64,000 nucleotides of DNA from an uncultured Rhodospirillaceae bacterium (GCA_903941095.1 CAJANN010000226.1:374-64373), one strand, 5' to 3'; shown: positions 1-10,218, counted from the stretch's first letter. Notes: generated by a model not told the origin, from the letters alone. Numbers and translations: made by a program.

Positions 1-351
1 CTTGAGAAAGCCGGTCTCGTCGATCACAAGGACGGCGTCGGCGTCGGCCAGCGTTTCGAGGGCGTAAGTACGGACAATATCGCGCAAATCATCGGCGTCC
101 CAACGCCCGCGTCCCAGTATGGCCTGTTGTCGCCATGGCCCCGGATCGCCAGCCGCCTCCGCCCGCATCCAGCCCGTCTTACGGCGCTCTTCGCCCAGCA
201 GGCCATCAAGAAATGAGTTTGCCGATGCTGCGACCCGCTCCTGGCCGAAAAGCGGACGCATCCGCGCCTTTACATCCCGCAACGACGAGGCCCAAATCTC
301 CAGCGTCGTCTCTATTGATGCCCCTGCCATAGCCCATGACCTCCGAATCAT
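1..351 (-). mobile_element. IS701-family transposase, N-terminal part (runs off window edge)
   Basis: Manual translation, absent from the ORF track: MIRRSWAMAGASIETTLEIWASSLRDVKARMRPLF...GEERRKTGWMRAEAAGDPGPWRQQAILGRGRWDADDLR...DAVLVIDETGFLK. IDETGFLK is the first DDE motif of IS701 transposases. Candidate terminal IR gcaactgtaatg at 385-396. Confidence 0.9.
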
Positions 352-396
352 GGTCTCCCATTGATTCAGAGGCCAGCCAAAATCGCAACTGTAATG

Positions 397-1617
397 CTAA
401 ACTCCGCCAGCGTTGGGAACGGTATCCTTGGGCTGCATTTCGCAATATCCCGCCCAATCATCCATCAGCTTGCGCCGTTTCTCGAACAAGTCGCCACGAC
501 GGTAGGCGGCCTCCACCTTGTCGCCAACAGCATGGGCCAGCGCCATTTCGGCGACTTCGTGAGGGAAGTCGGTGCATTCGGCGACCCAGTCGCGGAAGGT
601 GGAGCGGAAGCCGTGGGCGGTGAGGTCGGTGCGCTTCATCCGCCGCAGGGTCATCAGCAGGGCCATGTTGGACAGGGGCTTATCGGCTTTGCCGCCCTTG
701 AACACCGGTCCTTCGCGTCCGTTCAGAGCTTTCAGAACCGCCAGCGCCGTTTCGGACAGCGGCACGCGATGCTCGCGGCCCGCCTTCATGCGTTCCGGTG
801 GAATGACCCACAGGCGCTTTTCCAGGTCGATCTCGGCCCAACTCGCCCCCAGCACCTCGCCGGTACGGGCGGCGGTCAGGATGGCGAATTCCAGGGCGCG
901 GGCGGCTGTGCCGTCCACCGCCCTCAAGGTCTTCATGAAATCGGCCATCTGGTCATAGGGAAGAGCGGCATGATGCCCTGCCTTCTGCACCTTGGCGCGA
1001 GCAGGCAGCAGGTGGTCGAGGTGGCCTTTCCAGCGGGCAGGGTTTTCACCCTCGCGATATTTGCGGACGATGGCCCAATCCAGGATCGCTTCGATCCGTC
1101 CGCGCACCCGGCTGGCGGTTTCGGTCTTGGTGGACCAGATGGGTTCCAGCGCCTTCATCACCAGGCCGGTATCCACCGCTGCCACCGATAGCTCCCCCAT
1201 GACGGGATAGGCATAGCGGTCCAGGGTCGAACTCCATTGCGCCGTGTGCTTGGCGTTCTGCCACCCGGCTTCATGAGCCTTGAGATAGGCTTCGGCGCAT
1301 TGCTTGAAAGTCATGACCTTGGCCGTGGCTGCTCTGGCGGCCAGCCGGGCTTCCTTGCGGCTGTCGATGGGGTCAACGCCCTCACGCACCAACTGGCGGC
1401 AGCGCCGGGCTTCCTCGCGGGCTTCGGCCAGGCTGACCGTGTGCAGGGCACCCAGCCCCATGTCGCGGCGGCGACCCTTCAGCATGAAGCGGTATATCCA
1501 GGTCTTGGCCCCGGCTTCGGTCACTTGCAGGTACAGGCCGCCGCCATCGGCATAGAGTCCGGGCGCGGATTTGCCGCGCACCGCCACCGCCGACAGCTTG
1601 CCGATCTCCCGCGCCAT
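397..1617 (-). CDS. P4-like tyrosine recombinase/integrase with N-terminal arm-DNA-binding domain
   Basis: N-terminus GLYADGGGLYLQV...KTWIYRF; catalytic R (TAARTGE), K (MKAGREHRVPL), HGFR, LAH and AYRRGD. Lies next to a tRNA 3' end. Start placed at MAREIGKLS (1617). Confidence 0.95.
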   Translation of the reverse strand: MAREIGKLSAVAVRGKSAPGLYADGGGLYLQVTEAGAKTWIYRFMLKGRRRDMGLGALHTVSLAEAREEARRCRQLVREGVDPIDSRKEARLAARAATAKVMTFKQCAEAYLKAHEAGWQNAKHTAQWSSTLDRYAYPVMGELSVAAVDTGLVMKALEPIWSTKTETASRVRGRIEAILDWAIVRKYREGENPARWKGHLDHLLPARAKVQKAGHHAALPYDQMADFMKTLRAVDGTAARALEFAILTAARTGEVLGASWAEIDLEKRLWVIPPERMKAGREHRVPLSETALAVLKALNGREGPVFKGGKADKPLSNMALLMTLRRMKRTDLTAHGFRSTFRDWVAECTDFPHEVAEMALAHAVGDKVEAAYRRGDLFEKRRKLMDDWAGYCEMQPKDTVPNAGGV

Positions 1618-1651
1618 GCCTTGCTCCATCACTGAACGATGGGGCAATCCT

Positions 1652-1671
1652 ACCCATCAATCCACCCATCA
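1652..1671. repeat. Candidate integrase arm-type binding sites
   Basis: Direct repeat ACCCATCA at 1652-1659 and 1664-1671, between the integrase start and the tRNA; typical position for P4-type arm sites (inference). Confidence 0.5.
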
Positions 1672-1757
1672 TCAAGATTGGGATGATGGCGAACATCCGC
1701 GCATGCCGACGAACAGCCGAAAGGGCCGAGAATGGCTGAAACGCTGGTGTTGACAGC

Positions 1758-1789
1758 AAAAAAGCCGCGCTTTGATGCGCGGCTTTTTT
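1758..1789. terminator. Bidirectional intrinsic terminator downstream of tRNA-Ser
   Basis: aaaaagccgcgc-tttgat-gcgcggcttttt: perfect stem with A/T tracts on both sides. Confidence 0.85.
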
Positions 1790-1796
1790 GAGTGAA

Positions 1797-1886
<90 letters not shown>

Positions 1887-1925
1887 GCATAGAAAGGAAA
1901 AGCCCCGGTCGGTGGGAAGGCGCGG

Positions 1926-1954
1926 AGACTAGCGCAAAGGCGGGAGGTTCGCAA
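1926..1954 (-). promoter_or_regulatory. Putative sigma70 promoter of tRNA-Ser
   Basis: TTGCGA-N17-TAGTCT on the minus strand upstream of the tRNA. Confidence 0.55.
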
Positions 1955-2097
1955 CCCCCTGCGCGCACGATGCCCACATCGGCCGGGAGCGCCTTGCGCG
2001 GAGGCATCCTTGACACCACGCAGCCCAAGGGAAGAAAATCGCCCCGCTGGCAAGCCGATGTCAAGAAACACAAGCAGACGTCGACATATGGAATCAA

Positions 2098-2559
2098 TTG
2101 ATGCCGGAGATGCGTGGAATGCCGGATGAATCTCAGCTGATCGGGCTGGTCTACATGAGTACTGAGCGCATCCATTTCGATATCGATAAAATACTCGACC
2201 TGATAGAGGTGTCCAGGCGTCGAAATGCCGAGGATCATATCACGGGGCTGCTTTGTCACCACGCCGGGCAATTCATTCAATTCCTGGAGGGCAAGGCCAA
2301 GGATGTCGATGCCCTGATGGAACGTATCTGCCGGGACCAGAGGCACACCACCCCCTATGTCGTTTATCGAAAGCCTATTCTGGACCGGGCATTTCCCGAC
2401 TGGTCGATGGCCTTGCGCCTTTTTGACGACATGACACCGGAACAGCAGAAACATTGCCGCAATATTCTGGCTGTTTCGTTGCAAGAGAACGCATCCGCCT
2501 CACGTTACCGGAGCGATCTCGACGCGCTGCTGGCCTCGTTCACCTATGCCATCAAATAA
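2098..2559 (+). CDS. BLUF-domain blue-light/flavin sensor
   Basis: LVYMS, RNxxxxITGLL, FIQFLEG, DQRH and RAFPDWSM BLUF motifs. The start could be 2101 or 2119. Confidence 0.92.
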   Translation: MMPEMRGMPDESQLIGLVYMSTERIHFDIDKILDLIEVSRRRNAEDHITGLLCHHAGQFIQFLEGKAKDVDALMERICRDQRHTTPYVVYRKPILDRAFPDWSMALRLFDDMTPEQQKHCRNILAVSLQENASASRYRSDLDALLASFTYAIK

Positions 2560-2603
2560 ATCCTGGCCGGGGGGCGCCATCCGCCATTCCCGGCGGGACC
2601 GTC

Positions 2604-3239
2604 TCAGGCCATCTTCACCACGATGTCGTGCAGGGTGTTGGCGCAATGGGCCATGCGGTCGGCGGCATTGGACATGTGGCGGTAGATCTCGCGCCGCTTG
2701 AACATCGAAATGTAATCCTCGCCCTGGAACAGCTGGGCCAGGGCGCGGCGATAGGTCTTTTCGACCTTGCGTTCGGCCTTGCGGGCGATGTCGGCGTCGT
2801 CGGCCGCGGCGGCCGGGCTGGTGGCCAGGCGGGAATAGCCGTTGACCAGGGCGGCGACGCCGTCGCGCAGGTGGCAGGCCATTTCCAGCAGGAACGGATC
2901 TGGGGTCACCCCCAGGGCGCTCATCTCGTTGACCGTGCTTTTGCAGTAATTGACCACCTCGTCGAGATCTGTCACCGAGCGATAGATGTCTTCGCGGTCG
3001 ATGGGGGTTGAAAAGGCCTCGTTCAGAATGTGGATGTTGCGGACCTTGATGGTGTCGGCCTCGTGTTCGTCACGGCGGATCTGCTGGCCGATCTCGGGGT
3101 CGTCGGTCTCCATGAAGCTGACCAGCAGGCTGGCGGTGTGGCCGACCTGGATGCATTGCTCGCTCAGCAGGGCGAAGAAGTCGGGCGTCCGGGGAAACAT
3201 CCGGTCGAACAGGCGGTGAAACAGCGACGGTTCGGGCAT
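2604..3239 (-). CDS. DUF47/PhoU-like phosphate transport regulator
   Basis: EHEAD...FSTPIDREDI motif, helical repeat, directly downstream of a Pit gene. True start is MPEPSLF within the longer track ORF. Confidence 0.9.
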   Translation of the reverse strand: MPEPSLFHRLFDRMFPRTPDFFALLSEQCIQVGHTASLLVSFMETDDPEIGQQIRRDEHEADTIKVRNIHILNEAFSTPIDREDIYRSVTDLDEVVNYCKSTVNEMSALGVTPDPFLLEMACHLRDGVAALVNGYSRLATSPAAAADDADIARKAERKVEKTYRRALAQLFQGEDYISMFKRREIYRHMSNAADRMAHCANTLHDIVVKMA

Positions 3240-3253
3240 GGTCGGCCTTTCTT

Positions 3254-4297
3254 TCAATCCGCCCCGGGCAGGATGCGGTGCAGGGTGAACAGCGCCGCTC
3301 CCAGCAGGGCGGCGCAGGGAATGGTGAAAATCCACGTCGTGGCGATTTCGCCCGCCTTGCCCCAGCGCACCGCCCGGGGGTGTTCCGATGCACCGATCCC
3401 CATGATCGACGTGGCGACCACGTGGGAGGTCGATACCGGCGCACCCAGCAGCGATGCCGCCAGAATCACCGAGGCCGAGGTCAGTTGCGAATCCAGGGCG
3501 TGGACCGGGCGCACCCGATAGATGGCGAAACCCAGGGTGCGCACGATGCGCCAGCCACCCGACAGAACCCCCAGGGTCAGGGCCGCCGAACAGGCCAGCA
3601 TGACCCAGAAGGGAACGGCGAAGGTCGGGATGAAGCCGCCCAGAACCAGGGCCAGGGTCAGGATCCCCATGCTTTTCTGGGCATCGTTGGCGCCGTGCGA
3701 AAAGGCCAGCCCGGCCGAGGTCAGGACCTGCGACCGCCGCAATCTGGCATTGGCCGCCGGCTTGGCGGCGCGCAGCACGGCCATGACGAAGCGGTGCACG
3801 GCGAATCCGGCGGCGAACCCGGCCAGCGGCGACAGAAGCAGGGCCAGCAGCACCTTGGTCACTCCGGTCAAATGTCCCCGGACGACCAGTTCGGCAAAGC
3901 CCCAGACCACGTGGTCGGTTCCGGCGGAGACGCTGACGGCCCCGGCCAGCCCGCCCACCAGGGCGTGCGACGACGAGGACGGGATGCCCCGCCACCATGT
4001 CAGGATGTTCCAGGCAATGGCCCCCAGCAGACCGCACAGCAGGGTGGTCAGCGCGACAAAGGCCTGAAGGTCGCCCAGGGTGACGAAGCCGCCGATGGTG
4101 TTGGCCACCGCCGTTCCCCCCAGCAGCGGCCCGAGGAATTCGAAGAAGGCGACCACCGCCACCGCCTGCGCCGGCGTCATCGCCCGCGAGGCGATCACCG
4201 TGGCGACGATGTTGGCGGCGTCATGGAACCCGTTGGTGTAGTCGAACAGCAGGACGATCACCACGGTCAGAACCGTCAAGGCCAGCAGCAGGTCCAT
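3254..4297 (-). CDS. pit: Inorganic phosphate transporter, PiT family
   Basis: Signatures NGFHDAANIVAT and HGANDAQKSMG; GIPSSSSH; APVSTSH. Confidence 0.95.
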   Translation of the reverse strand: MDLLLALTVLTVVIVLLFDYTNGFHDAANIVATVIASRAMTPAQAVAVVAFFEFLGPLLGGTAVANTIGGFVTLGDLQAFVALTTLLCGLLGAIAWNILTWWRGIPSSSSHALVGGLAGAVSVSAGTDHVVWGFAELVVRGHLTGVTKVLLALLLSPLAGFAAGFAVHRFVMAVLRAAKPAANARLRRSQVLTSAGLAFSHGANDAQKSMGILTLALVLGGFIPTFAVPFWVMLACSAALTLGVLSGGWRIVRTLGFAIYRVRPVHALDSQLTSASVILAASLLGAPVSTSHVVATSIMGIGASEHPRAVRWGKAGEIATTWIFTIPCAALLGAALFTLHRILPGAD

Positions 4298-4445
4298 GCC
4301 CCGTTCCTTATGTTCGCCTGCCGGGCGGCTGTCGCGAAAGTGTCATGGTGCCATACGCTATCACGGTCCGACCGGCCTGGGCAGGGGGCGCCGCCGCTTG
4401 ACCGAAGCCAAGGACGGCGCAGGCCCGGACGGCGATGGTGGGGGC

Positions 4446-4679
4446 ATGAGCAGACTTCTGATTCTGGCCGGCATCGTCCTGATGGGCGTCATCGGCCTTT
4501 CCACCCTGGCCGCCGTCGTCACCGGCGCGGTGCAGTGGGTCGGGCTTGCCGCCCCGGCGGCCGGATGGCCGCCGCAAAGTCTGGTGGTCGGCGGCCTGTT
4601 TCTGGGAATTCCGCTGATCGCGCTGGGTTGGGGGCTGGTCTGGTTCGGCCGCTGGCTGGCCACTCACGGCCCCAGATAA
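4446..4679 (+). CDS. Small two-TM membrane protein, unknown function
   Basis: MSRLLILAGIVLMG...; 77 aa with two hydrophobic segments, fills the gap between genes. Confidence 0.6.
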   Translation: MSRLLILAGIVLMGVIGLSTLAAVVTGAVQWVGLAAPAAGWPPQSLVVGGLFLGIPLIALGWGLVWFGRWLATHGPR

Positions 4680-5254
4680 CCCCGTCGAACCGCTTCGTCC
4701 ACCAGATTCCGGGCATAGGCGCCCAGGGCCGGGGCTCCGTCGCGGATGCGTTCGACCAGGGGGGCGACCTTGCCCGCGTCGACCCCCAAAGGCTTCCAGG
4801 TCCCGCCCTGGGTGGCGAAATTGTTCAGGATCGGCTGCAGGCGGTCCAGGGCGTCGGCATAGCGGGCGGTGGGGGTGACGCGCTCTTCGTATTCGCGCCA
4901 CAGCGCCGCCAGCGCGCCGCCCTGGTCGGCGGGCAGGATTCCGTACAGCCGCTCGGCGGCGGCGTTTTCCCGCTCGGCCTTGGTGGCGTTGCCGGCCTCG
5001 TCGTGGATGAAGGTGTCGCCGGCATCGATTTCCACCACATCGTGGATCAGCAGCATGCGGCAGGCCCGTTCCGGGTCGGCGCCGGGCGGGGCGTATTCGG
5101 CCAGCAGCAGGGCCATCACGGCGACGTGCCATGAATGTTCGGCATCGTTTTCGGCGCGGGAGGAATCGGCCAGCAAAGTGCGGCGGGTCACGCCCTTCAG
5201 GCGGTCCAGTTCCAGCACGAAGGCCAGCTGTCGGGTCAGGCGGTCGGGACTCAT
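4664..5254 (-). CDS. HD-domain phosphohydrolase (YfbR/HDDC2-like)
   Basis: ENDAEHSWH, LIHDVVEIDAGD and ALDRLQP motifs. Confidence 0.9.
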   Translation of the reverse strand: MSPDRLTRQLAFVLELDRLKGVTRRTLLADSSRAENDAEHSWHVAVMALLLAEYAPPGADPERACRMLLIHDVVEIDAGDTFIHDEAGNATKAERENAAAERLYGILPADQGGALAALWREYEERVTPTARYADALDRLQPILNNFATQGGTWKPLGVDAGKVAPLVERIRDGAPALGAYARNLVDEAVRRGYLGP

Positions 5255-5259
5255 CTCTC

Positions 5260-5288
5260 TTGCAAAACATGGTTCGGGGGTGTAGATC
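5260..5288 (+). promoter_or_regulatory. Putative sigma70 promoter of rplY-pth-ychF
   Basis: TTGCAA-N17-TAGATC. Confidence 0.55.
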
Positions 5289-5347
5289 AAGCCCCTTCGC
5301 CGCGGCACCCCTGGAGGCCGCGTTTTTTGCATGAATTGGAGATGACC

Positions 5348-5956
5348 ATGACCGAGATCAGCGCCATCGTTGCCGAGCTGCGCGACCGGGCCGGAAAGGG
5401 GGCCGCCCGAGCCACTCGCCGCGAAGGAAAAGTGCCCGGAGTGATTTACGGCGCCAAGCAGGCCCCCGTCTGCTTCGCCATCGACCCCCGCATCATCTGG
5501 GCCGAACTGCGCAAGCCCGGCTTCAAGACCCGGCTGTTCGACATCGACCTGGGCGCCGGCGGCAAGCATCGCTGCCTGGCCCGCGACGTGCAGTTCAACC
5601 CCGTCACCGACCAGCCGATCCACATCGACATGATGCGCGTCTCGGCCGATGCCGTGGTTCACGTCAAGGTGCCGGTGCACGTGATCAACGCCGACAAGTC
5701 CCCGGGCGTCAAGCGCGGCGGCGTGGTGTCGATCGACCTGCACGAGGTCGAAGTCACCTGCGCTCCGGTCAATATCCCCGCCGACATCACCATCGATCTG
5801 GCGGGCATGGATATCGGTGCCTCGGTTCACGTCAACCAGCTGGGTCTGCCGGCCGGCGTCACCCCCTATCACGTGGGTGCCGCGGCCACCGTGGTCAGCA
5901 TCGCGCCGCCGACCGTGCAGCGCGCCGAGACCGCCGAAGCGCCGGCTGCCGGCTGA
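5348..5956 (+). CDS. rplY: 50S ribosomal protein L25/Ctc
   Basis: [37 protein letters not shown]; linked to pth-ychF. Confidence 0.96.
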   Translation: MTEISAIVAELRDRAGKGAARATRREGKVPGVIYGAKQAPVCFAIDPRIIWAELRKPGFKTRLFDIDLGAGGKHRCLARDVQFNPVTDQPIHIDMMRVSADAVVHVKVPVHVINADKSPGVKRGGVVSIDLHEVEVTCAPVNIPADITIDLAGMDIGASVHVNQLGLPAGVTPYHVGAAATVVSIAPPTVQRAETAEAPAAG

Positions 5957-5961
5957 CGGTC

Positions 5962-6663
5962 GTGTCGGCGGTTCTGGTTGTCGGACTGGGCAATCCCGGT
6001 CCCGAATATGCCGGCAACCGCCACAATATCGGGTATATGGCGGCGGACGCTATGGTCCGCCGCCATTCCTTTTCCCCCTGGCGGGCCAAGTTCCAGGGCG
6101 ACGTGGCCGAAGGCAGCATCGACGGCACCAAGGTGCTGGTGCTCAAGCCCCTGACCTACATGAACCTGTCCGGCCAGTCGGTGGCCGCCGCCGCCCGGTT
6201 TCTGAAAATTCCGGTCGAGCAGGTGGTGGTCATCCACGACGAACTGGATCTGCCCCCCGGCCGCCTGAAGGTCAAGCGCGGCGGCGGAGCCGGGGGCCAT
6301 AACGGGCTGAAATCCATCGACGCCCACCTGGGCCGGGAATACCGCAGGATTCGCCTGGGCATCGGCCATCCCGGCGACAAGGATCTGGTCGCCGGATACG
6401 TTTTGCACGATTTCGCCAAGGCCGACGCGGCCTGGCTGGCTCCGCTGATCGATGCGGTGGCCGACGCCTTCCCGGCGCTGCTGACCGGCGACGAGGCGGG
6501 TTTCATGAACCGGGTGGCGCTGAAAACGGCACCGCCCCGACCGAAGAAAGACAAGCCGGCCGCGGCGTCCGCCGCCGAGCCGGCCTCACCCCCAGCCGCA
6601 CCTGCGCCCGGCGGCGCCCTGGCCGAAGCCTTGCGGGCGGCACTTGCAATGAAGAAGGGATGA
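5962..6663 (+). CDS. pth: Peptidyl-tRNA hydrolase
   Basis: [43 protein letters not shown]. Confidence 0.97.
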   Translation: MSAVLVVGLGNPGPEYAGNRHNIGYMAADAMVRRHSFSPWRAKFQGDVAEGSIDGTKVLVLKPLTYMNLSGQSVAAAARFLKIPVEQVVVIHDELDLPPGRLKVKRGGGAGGHNGLKSIDAHLGREYRRIRLGIGHPGDKDLVAGYVLHDFAKADAAWLAPLIDAVADAFPALLTGDEAGFMNRVALKTAPPRPKKDKPAAASAAEPASPPAAPAPGGALAEALRAALAMKKG

Positions 6664-6667
6664 TCCG

Positions 6668-7771
6668 ATGGGTTTCAATTGCGGCATCGTCGGCCTGCCC
6701 AACGTGGGCAAAAGCACGCTGTTCAACGCCCTGACCCAGACGGCGGCGGCGCAGGCGGCCAACTATCCGTTCTGCACCATCGAGCCCAATGTCGGGCGCG
6801 TCGCCGTCCCCGATCCCCGGCTGGACAAGCTGGTGGTGATCGGCAAAAGCCAGAAGGAAATCCCCACCCAGCTGGAATTCGTCGACATCGCCGGGCTGGT
6901 GCGCGGCGCCTCGAAGGGCGAGGGGCTGGGCAACCAGTTCCTGGCCAATATCCGCGAGGTCGACGCCATCGTCCACGTGCTGCGCTGCTTCGTCGACGAC
7001 GACATCAAGCATGTCGAGGATTCCGTCGATCCGGTCCGTGACGCCGAGATCATCGAGACCGAACTGATGCTGGCCGATCTCGACAGCCTGGAACGGCGCA
7101 TCGTGCCGCTGGAGAAGAAGGCCAAGGGCGGCGACAAGGAATCCAAGGCCCAGGTCGACGTCATGGCGCCGATCCTGGCGGTGCTGCGCGACGGCAAGCC
7201 GGCACGTTCGGTGCGCTTCGACAATGACGAGGACCGGCGCCTGGCCAACCAGATGGGGCTGCTGACCATCAAGCCGGTGGTCTATGCCTGCAATGTCGAG
7301 GAGGCGTCGGCCGCCTCGGGCAACGACCTGTCGCGGCGGGTGTTCGACATGGCCGCCGCCGAGGGCAATTCCGCCGTGGTCATCTCGGCGGCCATCGAGG
7401 CCGAGGTCGCCCAACTGGGCAGCGACGAGGAACGCGTCGAGTTCCTGTCCGCCCTGGGGCTGGAGGAAACCGGGCTGGCCCGGGTCATCCGCGCCGGCTA
7501 CGACCTGCTGCACCTGATCACCTTCTTCACCGTCGGCCCCAAGGAAGCCCGCGCCTGGACCGTGCAGAAGGGGTCGAAGGCGCCGCAGGCCGCGGGTGTC
7601 ATCCATACCGACTTCGAAAAGGGGTTCATTCGCGCCGAAACCATCTCTTACGACGACTTCGTCGCCCTGGGTGGCGAGGCCGGGGCCAAGGAAGCCGGCA
7701 GGATGCGGCTGGAGGGCAAGGAATATGTCGTTCAGGACGGCGACATCTTCCATTTCCGCTTCAACGTTTGA
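6668..7771 (+). CDS. ychF: Redox-regulated ATPase YchF
   Basis: [49 protein letters not shown]. Confidence 0.98.
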   Translation: MGFNCGIVGLPNVGKSTLFNALTQTAAAQAANYPFCTIEPNVGRVAVPDPRLDKLVVIGKSQKEIPTQLEFVDIAGLVRGASKGEGLGNQFLANIREVDAIVHVLRCFVDDDIKHVEDSVDPVRDAEIIETELMLADLDSLERRIVPLEKKAKGGDKESKAQVDVMAPILAVLRDGKPARSVRFDNDEDRRLANQMGLLTIKPVVYACNVEEASAASGNDLSRRVFDMAAAEGNSAVVISAAIEAEVAQLGSDEERVEFLSALGLEETGLARVIRAGYDLLHLITFFTVGPKEARAWTVQKGSKAPQAAGVIHTDFEKGFIRAETISYDDFVALGGEAGAKEAGRMRLEGKEYVVQDGDIFHFRFNV

Positions 7772-7843
7772 TCCCGGTTAAGGCGCCGCCGGCATCCCGA
7801 CGCGCATGGTGCCCCCCGGAAACGTGGGCGTCGGGCGGTAGCG

Positions 7844-8260
7844 GTGACAAGCAGGATTGCGTGGAGAGACAGTTTCGCAGTCGGCGATCCGCTGATCGAC
7901 GGGCAGCACCGGGCTTTTTTCTCGGATCTTGATCAGGTCGTCGACGCCGTCGAGGGCGGTGCCCCGCGCGACGAGGTGCTGGGGTCCTTCCGCCGCTTCC
8001 TGTCGGCGCTGTCGCAGCACTTCCGCGACGAGGAAACCTTGCTGGCCCGCTACGCCTATCCCGAGCTGCGCGGTCATTCGGACGAACATACCGCCCTGCT
8101 GGCCAGCGTCACCGCCATCGAAAGCCTGCTGATGGCCAGCAACAGCCCGGTCGAGCTGAACTACGTCATCCGCACCCTGTTCGCCAGCCTGGTCGAACAT
8201 CTGGTCAGCGAGGACATGCGCTACAAATCATGGCTGCTCCGTCATACGAAGCCCGGATGA
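7844..8260 (+). CDS. Single-domain bacteriohemerythrin
   Basis: WxxxFAVGDPLIDGQH, HFRDEE, HSDEH, HLVSED di-iron ligand pattern. Confidence 0.92.
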   Translation: MTSRIAWRDSFAVGDPLIDGQHRAFFSDLDQVVDAVEGGAPRDEVLGSFRRFLSALSQHFRDEETLLARYAYPELRGHSDEHTALLASVTAIESLLMASNSPVELNYVIRTLFASLVEHLVSEDMRYKSWLLRHTKPG

Positions 8261-8366
8261 TTCATTAGGGCTTCGTATCCAGCGCCCATTGGGCGCGGCC
8301 AAGGCCGCGGATGCGGCCGCCCGGCGAGGGCTTGGGAACCCGGATGATTCATTCGGGTTCCGTATC
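8244..8366. repeat. Composite palindromic REP/BIME/MITE-like element
   Basis: Two related hairpins, atacgaagccc-ggatgattcatta-gggcttcgtat (8244-8278) and ggaacccg-gatgattcatt-cgggttcc (8335-8361), flank a GC-rich palindromic core. Confidence 0.7.
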
Positions 8367-8405
8367 ACAGGACGGCGGCGGCGCCCTGACCGCAGCGGCG
8401 GCCGG

Positions 8406-9179
8406 TCAGGCCCCGCGTTCGCGCCGCTCGACCCGCTTCATCGACAGCCCCAGACACAGCGCCGCCCACACCAGGGTCACCGTCAGCGACACCAGATAGG
8501 ACTGGGACCCCAGCAATTGGGCCGGACCGCCGTAAAAGGGGGCGCGGATGATCTCCAGGGCGTGGTGCACCGGGTTGACCAGCATCACCACATTGATCCA
8601 GCCGGCGGCGCCGGAGACCGGGAACAGGGCTCCCGACAGCAGCCACAGCGGCATCAGGAAGACCATCATCACCGCGTGGAAGGCCGAGGTCGAACGCATG
8701 CCCCAGGCCAGCAGGAAGCCCAGGGCGGCGAAGCCGGTGCCGGTCAGGACGAAGGCCAGCAACAGCAGGGCCACGCTGCCCAGGCCCAGGGACAGACCCA
8801 GGAACGGTGCGGCGGCGGTGAACAGCAGCACCTGGACCAGGGCGATCAGCACCGAGCCCATCACCTTGCCCAGGACGATGCCCAGCCGCGAGACCGGCGC
8901 CACCAGGACGCCCTGCAGGAAGCCGGCGTCGCGGTCCTCGATGATGGTGATGCACGAGAAGATGCTGGCGAACAGCATCATCATGACCATCACGCCCGGA
9001 TAGAAATATTCGAGATAGCTGACCTGCTCCATGCCGGGCGGCTTGAAGCTGGTGCCCATGCCGGCGCCCAGGAACAGCCAGAACATCAGGGGCTGGGCCA
9101 CGGCGCCGACGACGCGCTGGGGCTGGCGGGCGAAGCGGGTGAACTCGCGCCGGGCGAGCGAAACGGCGACGCGGATCAT
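8406..9179 (-). CDS. ABC-2 type exporter permease
   Basis: Six-TM ABC-2 pattern: DRDAGFLQGVLVAPVSR, LSGALFP, NPVHH. Confidence 0.9.
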   Translation of the reverse strand: MIRVAVSLARREFTRFARQPQRVVGAVAQPLMFWLFLGAGMGTSFKPPGMEQVSYLEYFYPGVMVMMMLFASIFSCITIIEDRDAGFLQGVLVAPVSRLGIVLGKVMGSVLIALVQVLLFTAAAPFLGLSLGLGSVALLLLAFVLTGTGFAALGFLLAWGMRSTSAFHAVMMVFLMPLWLLSGALFPVSGAAGWINVVMLVNPVHHALEIIRAPFYGGPAQLLGSQSYLVSLTVTLVWAALCLGLSMKRVERRERGA

Positions 9180-10141
9180 CGCGATTCTCCGGATTGGCCG
9201 GCATGGTCCGGCACAGCCCGGCCGGTGACATGGACGAAAACGTCCTCAAGGTCCGGCTGTTTGATGGAAATCGAGCGGATGTCCGGCCGCCAGCGGTTCA
9301 GGATGGTCTCCAGCAGCGGCAACCCCTCGCCGTTTTCGGTTTCCTCCAGGCGCAGCTCGTCGCCGTGGCGGCGCACAGCCACTCCCAGCTCGGCCCGCAG
9401 GACGTCGCCGAAGGTGTCGGGGTCGGTGGGGCGGACCACCACCATCTCGGTGCCGATCATGCCCTTCAGCGCCTCCGGGGTGTCGTAGGCCAGCAGCCGG
9501 CCTTCGCGCATGATGGCGACGCGGTCGACGTCCTCGGCCTCGGCAAAGACGTGGCTGGTCATCAGCACGGTCATGCCGTACCGGCGCTGCAGGCGGTGCA
9601 GGGCGGCCAGGAAGTTGCGCCGCGAGCCGGGGTCCAGGCCGGTGGTCGGCTCGTCCAGCAGAAGTACGCGGGGGCGGGTCATCATCACCTTGGCCAGCTC
9701 CACCTGCCGCGACAGGCCGCCCGACAGGGTGTCGACCCGGTGGTCCAGCCGGTCGGCCAGATCGGTCCAGGCCAGGGCCTCGTCGCGCAGGTGGCCGAAA
9801 TCGCTGTGGTCGATGCCGTACAGGTCGGCGTGGATGCGGATGTTTTCCGCGACCGTCAGGTGCTTGTCCACCGCCGGGCTTTGGAACACCACGCCCATGA
9901 TGCGGCGGACTTCATGCGCCTGGGCGAACAGGTCGAAGCCGCCGATGCCGACACGTCCGCGGCTGGGCATGGTCAGGCCGCACAGGATGCGGAACAGCGT
10001 CGACTTGCCCGAGCCGTTGGGGCCGGACAGGATGACGAATTCGCCGGCATCGACCTGCAGGTTCAGGTCGAACAGCGCCGTGCGCTCGGGCTGTTTGCGG
10101 GCGGCGGGATAGACGTGGCGCAGGGCTTCGATTCGAATCAT
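9176..10141 (-). CDS. ABC exporter ATP-binding subunit (DrrA/NodI-like)
   Basis: GPNGSGKST, LSGG, LLLDEPTTGLD. Confidence 0.93.
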   Translation of the reverse strand: MIRIEALRHVYPAARKQPERTALFDLNLQVDAGEFVILSGPNGSGKSTLFRILCGLTMPSRGRVGIGGFDLFAQAHEVRRIMGVVFQSPAVDKHLTVAENIRIHADLYGIDHSDFGHLRDEALAWTDLADRLDHRVDTLSGGLSRQVELAKVMMTRPRVLLLDEPTTGLDPGSRRNFLAALHRLQRRYGMTVLMTSHVFAEAEDVDRVAIMREGRLLAYDTPEALKGMIGTEMVVVRPTDPDTFGDVLRAELGVAVRRHGDELRLEETENGEGLPLLETILNRWRPDIRSISIKQPDLEDVFVHVTGRAVPDHAGQSGESR

Positions 10142-10218
10142 GGGGCGGTGTTACTTCAGCCGGAAGGGATACGCAAGCTACCCGATGCGGATGGGGCATG
10201 CATCATTTTATAATGATT

